DNA of 64,000 nt, taken from assembly GCA_950097015.1 (NCBI GenBank), contig CATNEN010000002.1, positions 186,001 to 250,000 of the forward strand, in the 5' to 3' direction. Under the pieces are notes generated by a model. It was not told where the DNA came from, did no database searches, and was given only the letters and a program-made list of their open reading frames with translations. The translations under genes were made by a program, and so were the position numbers. Of the stretch, positions 38,047 through 51,584 are shown in pieces (within the stretch, counting starts at the first letter, position 1; each line of letters opens with the position of its first letter). The DNA comes from Macrostomum hystrix. Its lineage: Eukaryota; Animalia; Platyhelminthes.

Positions 38047-40973
38047 TGCTGGTTTTAATGCTGGATTAAACTTTGTAGAGCCCAGTTAGCTAGGGAGTGG
38101 CAACGGTTGACTGTTTTGAGCAACAAATTGAGAAGAAAAAAGGGTAGAAAAAATGGTAGTTGGAGATCTAACTATTAAGAGACAAAATTTAAAGCATAAA
38201 ATGCTACACTCAAAAAACTTGCTTCGAATCAGTGCTAAATATAGTGCTAAAAAGTTGTTTAAGGTATAGGAATACTTGGAAAATCATAAATAAACATTGC
38301 AAACCAATGTTACTTTAAACAGTGTTTTGACAATTTCGAAATAACTGTATTGAATATTGATCAAAGCAATATACTTTTAAATGTAATGATGTGCTCCATA
38401 TTTGCTTTCAGCTCTTAATAAATTGATTACTGCCAAATAAGCCCAATCAAAGTACAAGCCTGCATGACCAAGTGGCCTAGTTTTTGTCTAATCATTCAGT
38501 TTTATGCTTTTTCTGGACTATCGGACCAATTTGTTCAGTTATTGTAAGGCTTTAAAGTCTGGGGGAAAAATTGGACAAAGACCAATGAAGACTGAACAAT
38601 TTTCTCAGAATCAGTCTGGATTAAAAATTGAATGGATTCCAGCTCAGTTTCAGATGAAGCGACCAATTTTGTTCCAGATTTTTGTCTAGATTTCCACCAG
38701 AATCTTATCTAGGGTGCAATTGAGTAGCTTTAAACTGTGGTATAATAACTGAAACTGGTTTAAACTGGGCAGCTTAAAGTGAAATAAAGAAAAAAATTAA
38801 GCAATATAATTTTTTGCTAGCTTTAAAAAACTTTAGTTTTTATAGTTTAAACCAAAATAAATTAATGTCAACATATATTTTTTTAAAACTTTTATTTTTT
38901 AGTCAGTGTAGACTGCTTTTAAGGGAAAATATGCTAAATATATTTAAAAAATTGAAAATAAGTAAAAAATATAACTCAAGAAAACATTTAACATAGAAAC
39001 CCAAAAATATCATTTGAATTAAATTCACTATTAGTGGAACTCTAATGAGCGAAAAAATTAGGAAAAATGGAAAAAGGATAAAAAACAATACTATGTTCTG
39101 ATGAAATAAAGGATCCATAAATTTTATGTTAAGAAAATAAAGCCTACTATCAATAGAAATAAGATAATATTTACTTTACAAAAAGTGTTTATAGACTACA
39201 ATTAGTGCAAGAACAAAAAAGTTATACAGTGCCAAAATTTGTTATTTTTTTAAAGTATTTGCTGTGTGATCAAAATTTAGAAAAAACTACCTTACATAGA
39301 ACTTAAAAATTTTACTAATGCATTGATACTGAAATAAACAAATTAAAAATTAAAAAATAGGATATAAAAATCTATATTAGCAATTCTTTTTTAGTAAAAG
39401 ACTTTTTTACTTTGAATTTTTTGGTTGAAATTTTCTTCTTATTTTTTCAATTATTGTTTATAGTGTTTTCCAAGTGTATCCCATTAAAATTTTTCATAGA
39501 ATTTTATGTAGAATATTATATACTCAAACCTTTTTATTTTCATTTAGTGGAATATCCCAGAAACATGTTTCTGTAATGTACACCCTTTACACATTTCAGA
39601 TGGCTTTTGCAATTGACTGTAAATAGTAAAATGATGTCTATGTGATGTCTATTTGTTAAGCTATGGAATAGCCTATATGGCTTTGCCACATCTTTAAAGG
39701 CAAAAGAGTTTTATATTGTAAACAAATAAACATGTCTGGTCAGGATAGTAATCCTATTCAATGTAAAATTGAACTTTAATACTTTAATACTGAGTGTTAA
39801 TAGAAGATATATATAGGCCTATTCCATAGTGTAGATAACGAAAAAATGAACTTTATGCTTTTGGAATTTAAAAAAATAATAATAATAAAGTTATTGCAAT
39901 TTTTTTGTTTTCCAAGTCAAATCTATCCGATCATCTGGATCACAGTCCCTTATGGGAAAAATACAATACAAAAACAGAAAACAACTAAAATGTTGATCAA
40001 AAATTTGTTATAACTTTTTTATTACTTGACCAATTTTGATGAGTGAGGTGTCTTTTAACTCAGACAAGCAAGATCTGTAACACAAGAAAAGCAAAATTAT
40101 GGAATTTTTTTTTATTTCTCACTGGAGCCCTTACTATTGGGTCAGTACAGACACAAAATTTCAAAATAATTGCTCTGTATTCCAACAAAGTTAACTATGT
40201 CGGAGCTTTTTTAAATGTTTAAAATGCATAAAAAGTGTATATTACACATTTTATATTATTCACTTAGAATAGAATTCTGTAAATGTAAATGAGATAAAAA
40301 TTGAATGAAAAATTAGCTATATTATACCAGATATTATATATACATATTTTATTATACTAGCTAGGCCTTGTAGATATTTAAAAGCCAGGGACTAGGCCTA
40401 CTTAAACAAACTACTACTTAAAATACTTAAACGGTAGTTTAAGTAGTCCCTGTCAAAAGACTATTTTAAGTTTTTAACTGAAATATTTTACCGTTTTATT
40501 TGATGTAGTGACCATAATATGATCACTTACCTTCGTATTTTTCGTCTAAAATAGTCCCTGTAGTTAGTGGTCAAGAATAAAGCGTTTTGAAACGTTTTAA
40601 TAGCCTCTGCAAAATAGTAGGGCCTACACGTACTACGGAGAACTAAATTATAGTTGCGTACGAACTTTCTTAGAACTGGTTCAACAAAACATTTTTTAAC
40701 AAAACTAAAAAGTTTATATTTGATATATACTTTAAAAGCTATTACTTTGTATTTGAATATTTTAGAGCTACTTTTTTAATATCTGATGTATAAGTACGAA
40801 CATAAAAATATTTTATTTCGATGGTAAGCAATATCTGTTTAACTTGGCTTTCCACAACTCAATTTATTTTGTAGTTTTCCACTCGTTTTTTTCTATTAAA
40901 TGTAAAAACCAATGCTAAGTGGTTCTCTACGTGTTATTACTGGTATTCGATAGCTCTTAAAGACAGAAAAATC

Positions 40974-43900
40974 ATGTCATTACCTTCAATTCACTGGTTA
41001 TCTTCTATTGCAGAAGATTCTGTTGAACAACTTAAGAGGTAGAGTGAAGCCGAATCAGATTTCATGTATATTTGACTTGATAATAACAGCTCTTTCAGTT
41101 TTGCCAACAACTGCTTATCTTTATGAAAAGTGCGCAAATCGTTTTTGATTTTGATATGTACGCGGATAGCCCTCCATGTATTCAATTGCCAATATTTTAT
41201 GTGCTTTATAAGAATATCTAATAATAATGCAGAAATAAAATGCAGTGCAGTCTAGCTATTTAATCAACAGAGAATATTATTTTATTTACTTGTCATAGAT
41301 TTTTAAATAATGGTGCGCAGAACTTTCTCTCAATATGAACTTCGAAAAGACACTTAAATTTTGACTTTGTAAAAAAAACTACCATACGCGAACGTAGGTT
41401 AAATTTAAACACAGCCAAATCATGGTGCCGACTTTAGCTTTAATTGTGTAAATTGAAGCGCTATAAAATAAATTGTCCTGCTAAGTGGTGCAATTTATTT
41501 TCCTGGGTCGATATTCGAACATCCGACCTTTCATTCAGAAGTCCGAAGCTGAAATCTCCATATGTTGCTTTTTGTTTCAAATGCACAGCATGACTACTGG
41601 CTCACCTTGTCACAATGCTGCAAATTAATTGAAATTATTTAATCGACTTAAACAATTGTTAACTTTCCAGGCACAACACAGCCGTCACAGAAACTAGAAA
41701 CAATGATCTCTACCTGCATGGTGGCTTTAAACTGTCTAAGGTACTGTTATCCTTTTATACGAATTGAATTTTTTAACAATCACTCGCTTTCATTACAAAA
41801 AATTCTGAATTCTGGTCAATTAACTAAAACCGTTTCAGTCAGGGAAAAAAATAGCATTCTATAGCGACATCTGGAAAATATCAGGTGAAACTTAGAGAAA
41901 CTGTGTTTCAAGATGTTTAACAAGTGTTGATTGACTAAGACATACTCGTAAATAGCTAGTATAATAAATAAATTATATTTCAGTACAAGACAGCCAACGA
42001 TTAAAATGCGTGAAGATCTCAAGCGGGCATGGAGATGTGCCAGAAGCGCGCGCCTATCACCACTTACAGTGAGTTTCGGCTGTCGAGTCACAATTTAGCA
42101 TTCTAGCTTATAAGTATTTAAATTGAAATAAATAAATGAAATTTAACACTCGACAGCCTATTCGAGAATCTGCTCATTCTATTTGGCGGCAAGAGCAACT
42201 TAAATGAGACCACTTGCATTCCGGGCACGTATCAGTTTGATATACGTAAGTCGAATTGACCCTGCATTTGACTACGTAGAACGTCCCTTTCTTTCTTTCA
42301 TAAGATCGAAATTTCACAACGTCCAAAAGTTTCTCTGAAGTTTCGAATATTTTAATTGAAGCTTAGCGAAATTTCGGGTTTGTGAAAGTTCCACGAATAA
42401 TGAGTGTGTGTCCAAACGCCTCAAACGCCTCAAACTTCAAATAAAGTGGTCCGCAAGTGGACTCACGTGAAGGCTACTGGCGAGGAGCCGGAGCAACTCT
42501 ACAGCACCAGCAACATGATCGAATCTCAACTGGTCATATTCGGCGGCCATAGCAACGGAGTCCTTAGCAACGCTACGCACGTCTACGACATCCTGGCGCA
42601 GCACTGGCATCGGGCCACAGTCAGCGGGGCGCCGCTGTCGCCGCGTTGCGAGCACGCGGCGGCAGCCATCGGCCAGAAGCTCTTCATCTTCGGTGGTACA
42701 GGCGGTCAGGGCTGCTTCTACAATGATCTGCATCAGCTTGATACAGGTGAGTACAGTGAGTACTCTGTATTAGCAGGCACCCTAAAGCACACGTCTCGCA
42801 ACATAAAGGACCGATCGTTTTTTTAAAGTTGAACGGCCTTTTTTAGGTCCAGCTAGCCAAATGCACTATTACGATTTCATATTCTAATCTCGCTACTAAC
42901 AGTAGACCAACACGTTCTGCCTCTGATCCGCAGCCACCCTCCAGTGGTCGCGCGTGCCCGTCGAAGGCCACCTGCTGCCGATGCCTCGTGCCGGCCACAG
43001 CCTGACCGCCCACCAGTCCAAGGACCTGTTCCTGTTTGGCGGCTACAACGACTGCGTCTTCCCGGACGGCGGCCCAGTCCAGGAGCCGCTGATGAAGTTC
43101 AGCCTTTACCGTCAAGTGTGGAAGGTGCCGTCGGCTTTGCCAGTGTCGGGCGGCCAGCCGGAGAATGTGATCCACCACAGCGCCTGGATTCACAGGCACA
43201 TGTGCTACATATTCGGCGGCGCCGGCCTGGAGGACAGCGCCTGCCTCATCCGCATCTTCCGCATCATCAATCCGAAGAAGCGAAAAGGTATAGCGATATA
43301 GGGGGGTAGCGAGGCGAGGGCAGCCACCCTGTGGCGCTCCCCTTAATCGGCTGATGAAACTCTGCGGCGCAGCTTCCTGGTAGTGGCGCCGACAAAAGCC
43401 TAGCCCACCCTAGACAAAAATCCTGGCTTCGCCACTGAAGCGATTGAGCTACAGCGGTCGGGAGTTCGAATCCTAGCAAATGGAAAATCAAGTGCTTTAT
43501 TCACTAAGAGCTTCGGTTAGCTAGCCTGTATAATTAAGGGGTCGGTGGCGGAGCGCATTTCGGAGGGCGCAGCCTCGGAGAGAAGGCTTGGGGGCTTGTC
43601 GTGCACTTTATGCCCTTGAGAGCCAACCTGCAAGGCACAGTGGCAGTGTTCAGGGTCTCAAGATGAGAAAGTCAGGGCAGATGTACACACCTGTGTGAGC
43701 GTATGCTCAGGAGTCAGCGAAATGGGCAGAATTGCCTCCTCGCTGGCTGCGGGTCTAGTGTCACCAAATGATGTGCCATTGCCCGCAGCCCTCCTGCAAT
43801 TATTAGTATTATTATTATTATCATTATTATTACTAATATTATTATTATTAGATCCTCCTCGTTTTATTGGCGCAATATTAAATTTCTATAAGAATACCTC

Positions 43901-44765
43901 TAAAATAACGATGATTCTAGCAACGTGCTTTCCAATTCACCCCAAATTAATTTAAATTTCTCGACATAAACAACACTCCAGAGTATCTAGCCGCTCTGAA
44001 CCAGTGCGAAACTGAGGAAGAACTCGAGTGGGATTCCGAGGTAATAATTTCGGCGAATTCCAGTTTTTTTTGTTTTTCTTTCCTTTCACGATTATAATCG
44101 ATTTGCTTACTTACGGTAGTACGAGTATAAGCCTTATCATTTGATTGCACTCCGCAGGCGCACGGTCAGCACTCTCTGTCCAGAATGAGCAGCGCGCGTT
44201 CTAGTGCTCACCTAAGCCTCAACCAGAGACCATTCAGCGTGGTGAGTCACAGACAACCCCTATGAGTTAAAATTTTCCTTTGATGCACCGCTACTTTCAC
44301 TTGATCCGCCTCAATCAGCTCGAGGTTTTCGCCGCTACTTTCACTTGATCAGGTAGTTTCCTTTGATGTGCCGCTATCTTCACTTAATCAGGTAGTTTCC
44401 TTTGAAGTGCCGCTATCTTCACTTGATTAGGTAGTTTTCCTTTGATGTGCCGCTATCTTCACTTGATCAGGTAGTTTTCCTTTGATGTGCCGCTATCTTC
44501 ACTTGATCAGGTAGTTTCCTTTGAAGTGCCGCTATCTTCACTTGATCAGGTAGTTTCCTTTGAAGTGCCGCTATCTTCACTTGATCATGTAGATTCCTTT
44601 GTTGTGCCGCCAGTCAGTTAAAATCGGCTCACTAATTTCACACCTGCAAATCGCAACTGTCGCCCACAGAACTACCAGCAGAATCGCCAGCCGGTGCTAA
44701 CTAAAGAGGAGAATGAGCGCGCAGTTGAGCTGCTGATGGAGCGAATGAAGAAGATGGATATTTAA
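40974..44765 (+). CDS. Kelch-repeat beta-propeller protein (RABEPK/KLHDC-like), ~415 aa; first exon tentative
   Basis: Phase-consistent exons 40974-41038 (tentative, weak donor), 41671-41740, 41839-41884, 41984-42068, 42157-42245, 42447-42746, 42934-43287, 43982-44040, 44158-44241 and 44670-44765. Repeated kelch motifs LYLHGG, LILFGG, LVIFGG, PRCEHAAAAIGQKLFIFGG, PRAGHSLT..LFLFGG and CYIFGG. Confidence 0.85.
43301..43437 (-). mobile_element. Short unclassified interspersed repeat beginning CAGTGGCGAAGCCAGGATTTT
   Basis: A similar start CAGTGGCCCGTAGCTAGGAATTTT...GGGGGGG occurs near 1855-1890. The motif type is common at the ends of invertebrate non-autonomous elements. Confidence 0.4.
43540..43850 (+). 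mobile_element. SINE-like family B, intact copy with (ATT)n tail
   Basis: GGCGCAGCC..GAGAAGGCTTGGGGGCTTGTCGTGCA..ATGAGAAAGTCAGGGCAGATG..GCAGCCCTCCTGCAATTATT, located in a kelch-gene intron. Confidence 0.85.
44275..44600. repeat. Intronic minisatellite, ~39-40 bp TTTCCTTTGATGTGCCGCTATCTTCACTTGATCAGGTAG
   Basis: About 8 tandem units in the last kelch intron. Confidence 0.9.
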
Positions 44766-45555
44766 TTGTTTTTTTCGACAAACGACAGTCGTCGGCAGTT
44801 ATTGGGGATGCAAAAAATTATAATGGAAATGATAATTTTTAACAAAAAATATTGTAAAGCTCATCGACTTTACTATTATTGGTCTGTTTCAATAGATAAA
44901 ATATTTTTGTAACTGAAATATTATTAATACCCATCTAACAATGGTCCTGAGTATTTTAATTATTTTTTGTGCCTGTAACAGTTTTTATGTTCTAACAGCA
45001 CGCTAGTTTTGTTCTGTTTATTATATTGTCTTGTACAAACTGTACTCTTATTAGATTGACAACAGTTGAAAGCACTTTGATTTTTATGAATCCGTTTTTT
45101 TACAATTCGCGGTTGACTGTGTCAGCCTCATTGCTTGGTGGATAATGTTTAAAGACTTATTCTTACAGACTTATACACGAACCTCTCTCTGTTAGCGAAT
45201 TTTTATCTTTTCTATGTTCCTTTTTATAACCTCGAGTTTCTTATTTAATTATTTTGATGGCACTTCCTTAAAAAACTCTAACGTCTAATTAAGCACTTTT
45301 AAATCGGAGCCAAATTTAAAACAAAGTAGTAAAACAAAAAATGTCGTTATAAACATTGATAGAGAATCATTCGGAGATGCTGAAACAGCTCTTGTTGATG
45401 TAAAGTTAACTCCGCCTGAATAATATATTTATTTAGAAGGTCATGCAGTGTATGCTTTTATTGTCTGAATTAGAGAGAATGAGCCATGGACATTGTTTTG
45501 GTCTCGACAAGGTCTCCAGCAGCTGAGCAACACGACCATTTCTTAATGGGATCAC

Positions 45556-46845
45556 CTAGCCAAATCTGAAATTTGGCAAAAGTTTTTACTGCATGCCTGA
45601 GAACATGTCTGAGGTTTAAAGATAGCGAAGTCTGCAGAAGCTGTCACTCTATATACAAGTATCTGTCACTACATACTTCAGTGTTTACAAAATCTATTAA
45701 TCCATATCTATCGAATCTGTCACTACATACTTCAGTGTTTACAAAATCTATTAATCAATATCTATCGAATCTGTCACTCCACATCAACAGAATCTGTCAC
45801 TCCATATCAACAGAATCTGTCACTCCATATCAACAGAATCTGTCACTCCACATCAACAGAATCTGTCACTCCATATCAACAGAATCTGTCACTCCACATC
45901 AACAGAATCTGTCACTCCATATCTACAGCATCTGTCACTCCATATCAACAGAATCTGTCACTCCACATCTACAGCATCTGTCACTCCATATCTACAGCAT
46001 CTGTCGCTCCATATCTACAAAACCTGTTAATCGATATCTACAGCATCTGTCACTCCATATCTACAGCATCTGTCGCTCCATATCTACAAAACCTGTTAAT
46101 CGATATCTACAGCATCTGTCACTCCATATCTACAAAACCTGTTAATCGATATCTATAGCATCTGTCACTCCATATCTACAAAACCTGTTAATCGATATCT
46201 ATAGCATCTGTCACTCCATATCTACCAAACCTGTTAATCGATATCTACAGACTCTGTCACTCAATATCTACAAAACCTGTTAATCGATATCTACAGAATC
46301 TGTCACTCTATATGAACAGAATCTGTTACTTGATATCTACAGAATCTGTCACTCCGTATCTAAAGAATCTGTCACTCCATATCTAAAGAATCTGTCACTC
46401 CATATCAACAGAATCTGTCACTCCATATCAACAAAATCTGTCACTCCATATCAACAGAATCTCACTCAAAATCTACAGAGTCTGCTCAGAAGGTCGTTGA
46501 ACCAACTCACCTAATGCGCACAACGTCCCCTTCTGGTTCATCAGCGCCCAGTTCGGCAGACAATTTCTCGGCTATCGATTTAGCCGTGTCGGCGTTGGCT
46601 TGCGGTCTGGCGGCCTTCGGTCCTCTGGTTTTACCAGCCGATGAGGTCAACAACAGGTGATACAGACTTCTCTCCAGATTGTCCAGAGACCTTTGACCTC
46701 GACTGCGAGCTCCCGGCAGCAGCTCAGGTCGATACCGGTCTTCGGCCTGCGGAAGCTGCAGGCAATTGATGGGAGCCACAGCCGCTGTGGCCACCACACA
46801 CAGCAGCACAAGACGGAGGCAAAGTCGCTTAAATCCTGGCGGCAT
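45556..46845 (-). CDS. Secreted RFamide precursor, 114 aa, ending -EGDVVRIRF-G-stop
   Basis: Exon 46845-46511 (signal peptide LCLRLVLLCVVATAAVAPINC; ends ATT AG|GTGAGT) and exon 45565-45556 (TTTCAG|A TTT GGC TAG). Confidence 0.72.
45650..46470. repeat. Composite minisatellite, ~23-bp ATCTGTCACTCCATATCAACAGA plus longer variants
   Basis: Tandem units inside the intron of the RFamide precursor. Confidence 0.92.
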
Positions 46846-46943
46846 TTTTGAAGCAAAAACTGAGTTATCAAAATTGTAGATTTTCAACTGTCTGAGTTAA
46901 AGAGATCAGTTCTGTGCCTTTGCTAAGCGGCTACACCAAACGG

Positions 46944-46951
46944 CCTTATAT
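46944..46951 (-). promoter_or_regulatory. TATA box (TATATAAG) of the RFamide precursor gene
   Basis: Minus-strand CAGCTATATAAGG about 100 bp upstream of ATG 46845. Confidence 0.5.
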
Positions 46952-47419
46952 AGCTGCGTAAAAAATGGGTCTAAAAATATTGCATGGGAGATTGGCCTAA
47001 CCTAAACTCCCACCACCCATTAAGTCATGCAGTGCCTATGACAATGAGACAGGGGGAGAGAATAGTCGAGAAAGTCAAAAGTCAACAACGCGACACAGAT
47101 CTGAGAATTTATCTGACAGGCGGGCAACCTAAATCGCTCTCATCGGTTGAGCAGAAATTCGATAGTTATTTTTTTTAACCAACAGCGACGAGTCCTCATT
47201 TATTCACCCCGGCACGACAGGAGTTTAGCTCGAATCGTCAACCTAACCCCAACCTAATCCCCACTGGATAAGTTAATTACTGGTGTCATGATCTAGGCTC
47301 TGGATTTTAGCACCTGTCAAATTAATTTGAGTTGAAACTAAGGAATGATAACCGACAGGAAATTATATTGTCTGGGATCCCAGCTAGTTTAAACTATCAA
47401 TACCTGTCAAACCATTAAT

Positions 47420-49017
47420 ACACCTGGTAGATAAGACTAATCAGTGATACACCTGGTAGATAAGACTAATCAGTGATACACCAGGTAGATAAGACTAATC
47501 AGTGATACACCTGTTAGATAAGACTAATTAGTGATACACCTGTTAGATAAGACTAGTCAGTGATACACCTGTTATATAAGACTAGTCAGTGATACACCTG
47601 TTAGATAAGACTAATCAGTGATACACCTGTTAGATAAGACTAATCAGTGATACACCTGTTAGATAAGACTAATCAGTGATACACCTGTTAGATAAGACTA
47701 ATCAGTGATACACTTGTTAGATAAGACTAATCAGTGATACACCTGTTAGATAAGACTAGTCAGTGATACACCTGTTAGATAAGACTAATCAGTGATACAC
47801 CTGTTAGATAAGACTAATCAGTGATACACCTGTTAGATAAGACTAGTCAGTGATACGCCTGTTAGATAAGACTAGTCAGTGATACACCTGTTAGATAAGA
47901 CGAATCAGTGATACACCTGTTAGATAAGACGAATCAGTGATACACCTGTTAGATAAGACTAATCAGTGATACACCTGTTAGATAAGACGAATCAGTGATA
48001 CACCTGTTAGATAAGACTAGTCAGTGATACGCCTGTTAGATAAGACTAATCAGTGATACGCCTGTTAGATAAGACTAATCAGTGATACGCCTGTTAGATA
48101 AGACTAATCAGTGATACATCTGTTAGATAAGACTAATCAGTGATACACCTGTTAGATAAGACTAATCAGTGATACGCCTGTTAGATAAGACTAATCAGTG
48201 ATACACCTGTTAGATAAGACTAATCAGTGATACGCCAGGTAGATAAGAGTAATCAGTGATACACCTGTTAGATAAGACTAATCAGTGATACGCCTGTTAG
48301 ATAAGACTAATCAGTGATACACCAGGTAGATAAGAGTAATCAGTGATACACCTGTTAGATAAGACTAATCAGTGATACGCCTGTTAGATAAGACTAATCA
48401 GTGATACGCCAGGTAGATAAGAGTAATCAGTGATACACCTGTTAGATAAGACTAATCAGTGATACGCCTGTTAGATAAGACTAATCAGTGATACACCAGG
48501 TAGATAAGAGTAATCAGTGATACACCTGTTAGATAAGACTAGTCAGTGATACACCTGTTAGATAAGACTAATCAGTGATACGCCTGTTAGATAAGACTAA
48601 TCAGTGATACACCTGTTAGATAAGACTAATCAGTGATACACCTGTTAGATAAGACTAATCAGTGATACACCTGTTAGATAAGACTAATCAGTGATACACT
48701 TGTTAGATAAGAGTAATCAGTGATACACCTGTTAGATAAGACTAATCAGTGATACGCCTGTTAGATAAGACTAATCAGTGATACACCAGGTAGATAAGAG
48801 TAATCAGTGATACACCTGTTAGATAAGACTAGTCAGTGATACACCTGTTAGATAAGACTAATCAGTGATACACCTGTTAGATAAGACTTATCAGTGATAC
48901 ACCTGTTAGATAAGACTAATCAGTGATACACCTGTTAGATAAGACTAATCAGTGATACACCTGTTAGATAAGACTAATCAGTGATACACCTGTTAGATAA
49001 GACAAATCAGTGATACA
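47420..49017. repeat. Minisatellite, 29-bp GATACACCTGTTAGATAAGACTAATCAGT
   Basis: Tandem units. The variant CCAGGTAGATAAGAGT recurs every 87 bp (trimer) at about 48.2-48.5 kb. Confidence 0.97.
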
Positions 49018-49429
49018 ACCACCAGGCAAAATAATAAATATACATTGCATGCAAGTACTGTAAATTTTTCTACCAGTAGTTTTTTGTCAAAGTCACATGA
49101 AACTGAAGGGATAAAAAACAGTCACAAGTCCTTTTCAATATTTTACGAAACTATTATTAGAAATGCACTGCTTAATTGATTTAATTAGAAAAGTACAATC
49201 TCAAATGGAGTATGTGTATGTGTCAACGATGGCTTTTGTTTAAAATGTCAGATTTTAAAAAGAAAACAGTAAAAACACATTTTTTCTAGTTCTTCAATTT
49301 AAAGTTTCGTCTGTACTTTTTATTGTTCAGTTTTCAGTTTTATGGATTTGCCAATCGTATCAGATTTCGGTAGTAATATTTTGTCCGCGAGTTCCAAGTT
49401 TCTCAGGTGCAATACTCGGAGAAGGTATA

Positions 49430-50795
49430 AGGACTGATAGAGAGAAGTATATAAGGAGTAACAGAGAGAAGTAGGTAAGGAGTAACAGAGAGAAGTAGAT
49501 AAGGAGTGACAGAGAGAAGTAGATAAGGAGTGACAGAGAGAAGTAGATAAGGAGTGACAGAGAGAAGTAGATAAGGAGTAACAGAGAGAAGTAGATAAGG
49601 AGTGACAGAGAGAAGTAGATAAGGAGTAACAGAGAGAAGTAGATAAGGAGTAACAGAGAGAAGTAGATAAGGAGTAACAGAGAGAAGTAGATAAGGAGTG
49701 ACAGAGAGAAGTAGATAAGGATTTAAAGAGTGACAGAGAGAAGTAAATAAGGAGATAAAGAGTGACAGAGAGAAGTAGATAAGGAGTGACAGAGAGAAGT
49801 AGATAAGGAGTGACAGAGAGGAGTAGATAAGGACTGATAGAGAGAAGTAGATAAGGAGTGACAGAGAGAAGTAGATAAGGAGTGATAGAGAGAAGTAGAT
49901 AAGAACTGATAAAGAGAAGTAGACAAGGAGTGACAGGGAGAAGTAGATAAAGAGTGACAGAGAGAAGTAGATAAAGAGTGACAGAGAGAAGTAGATAAAG
50001 AGTGACAGAGAGAAGTAGATAAAGAGTGACAGAGAGAAGTAGATAAAGAGTGACAGAGAGAAGTAGATAAGAACTGATTGAGAGAAGTAGATAAGGAGTG
50101 ATTGAGAGAAGTAGATAAGAACTGATAAAGAGAAGTAGATAAGAACTGATTGAGAGAAGTAGATAAGGAGTGATAGAGAGAATTAGATAAGGAGTGACAG
50201 GGAGAAGTAGATAAAGAGTGACAGAGACAAGTAAATAAGGAGTGACAGAGAGAAGTAGATAAGGAGTGACAGAGAGAAGTAGATAAGGAGTGACAGAGAG
50301 AAGTAGATAAGGAGTGACAGAGAGAAGTAGATAAGGAGTGACAGAGAGAAGTAGATAAAGAGTGACAGAGAGAAGTAGATAAAGAGTGACAGAGAGAAGT
50401 AGATAAGGAGTGACAGAGAGGAGTAGATAAGGACTGATAGAGAGAAGTAGATAAGGAGTGACAGAGAGAAGTAGATAAGAACTGATTGAGAGAAGTAGAT
50501 AAGGAGTGATAGAGAGAAGTAGATAAGAACTGATTGAGAGAAGTAGATAAGAACTGATTGAGAGAAGTAGATGAGGAGTGATAGAGAGAAGTAGATAAGA
50601 ACTGATAAAGAGAAGTAGATAAGAACTGATAAAGATAAGTAGATAAGAACTGATTGAGAGAAGTAGATAAGCAGTGATAGAGAGAAGTAGATAAGAACTG
50701 ATAAAGAGAAGTAGATAAGAACTGATAAAGAGAAGTAGATAAGAACTGATTGAGAGAAGTAGATAAGCAGTGACAGAGAGAAGTAGATATGGAGA
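49430..50795. repeat. Purine-rich minisatellite, 24-bp GAGAGAAGTAGATAAGGAGTGACA
   Basis: Tandem units with variants; source of the SLSTSLCH/YLLLSVT ORFs. Confidence 0.96.
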
Positions 50796-51584
50796 TAAGG
50801 TGGGACTGACAACTGTACACAACATTTAGAAGTACATTTGGTCAATCAGCTGGTCAATTAGCTGGGCAATTTTTTTCTCCTGAGTAATGAAATTTAACTG
50901 ATAAGTCACGCGTTACTACTGTTCTTTTTATAGACATTTAAGTAGCGTATTTAGGAAAGACAGTTTTTAACTTGTTTTTCAAAAATATTTTAAAAAATTT
51001 TTAATTTCGGATCTACAAAAAAAGAACAAAAAATTATCATAAAAGTTGGTTCTTTAATCAACTTATCGTGTTCTTTCCTTGTTACTGAAGTAGAGTTCTC
51101 AATTACACATCTCGTAATTTAAGCGGTACATAGAATCGCTCTTAAAAATGACGAATTAAAAAATTTAAATATCATACATCATTCAAGATCTGTCTACTAG
51201 GGTGGTCCAATAGGACATTGTCGAAGATGACCTATGTCATGTAGGATTTCTGATGCTGTCTCCGCATTATGTAAGTAGAAGTGCATTTCCAGTGCAAGTG
51301 CAGTAGTAGGGATGTTCTAAAACCTGTTCAGAATGTGTTGGGCCGGCGTCAATGGTTTACAATTGATTAAAGTGATGCAAATCAAAACCCTTTTGAATTA
51401 ACTTGTATACCTTCGTGTTTCCTAGAAGTTTGTCCTTCAATGTCCAGTACGAGATTTTGTTCGCGTTTTCCTGTTCCAAAAGCATAAACACAAGGAGAGT
51501 TCTGATCTGACAATTGCTGAACCTTTTATGATGTAGCTAAGGTGTGCAGCCGACAGAATGACACTGAAAGTTCAGCACATGGAA

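Noticed and set aside
40991-41185. 64-aa minus-strand ORF
   Set aside because: TTG start, no homology recognised, and it overlaps the tentative first exon of the kelch gene on the other strand.
43351-43357. CTGATGA hammerhead-core-like motif (also 11828-11834)
   Set aside because: No correctly placed GAAA or flanking stems were found.
49320-50845. 501-, 365- and 220-aa ORFs from the 24-bp array
   Set aside because: The unit is a multiple of 3 and pyrimidine-rich on the minus strand, so open frames are expected. There is no independent coding evidence.
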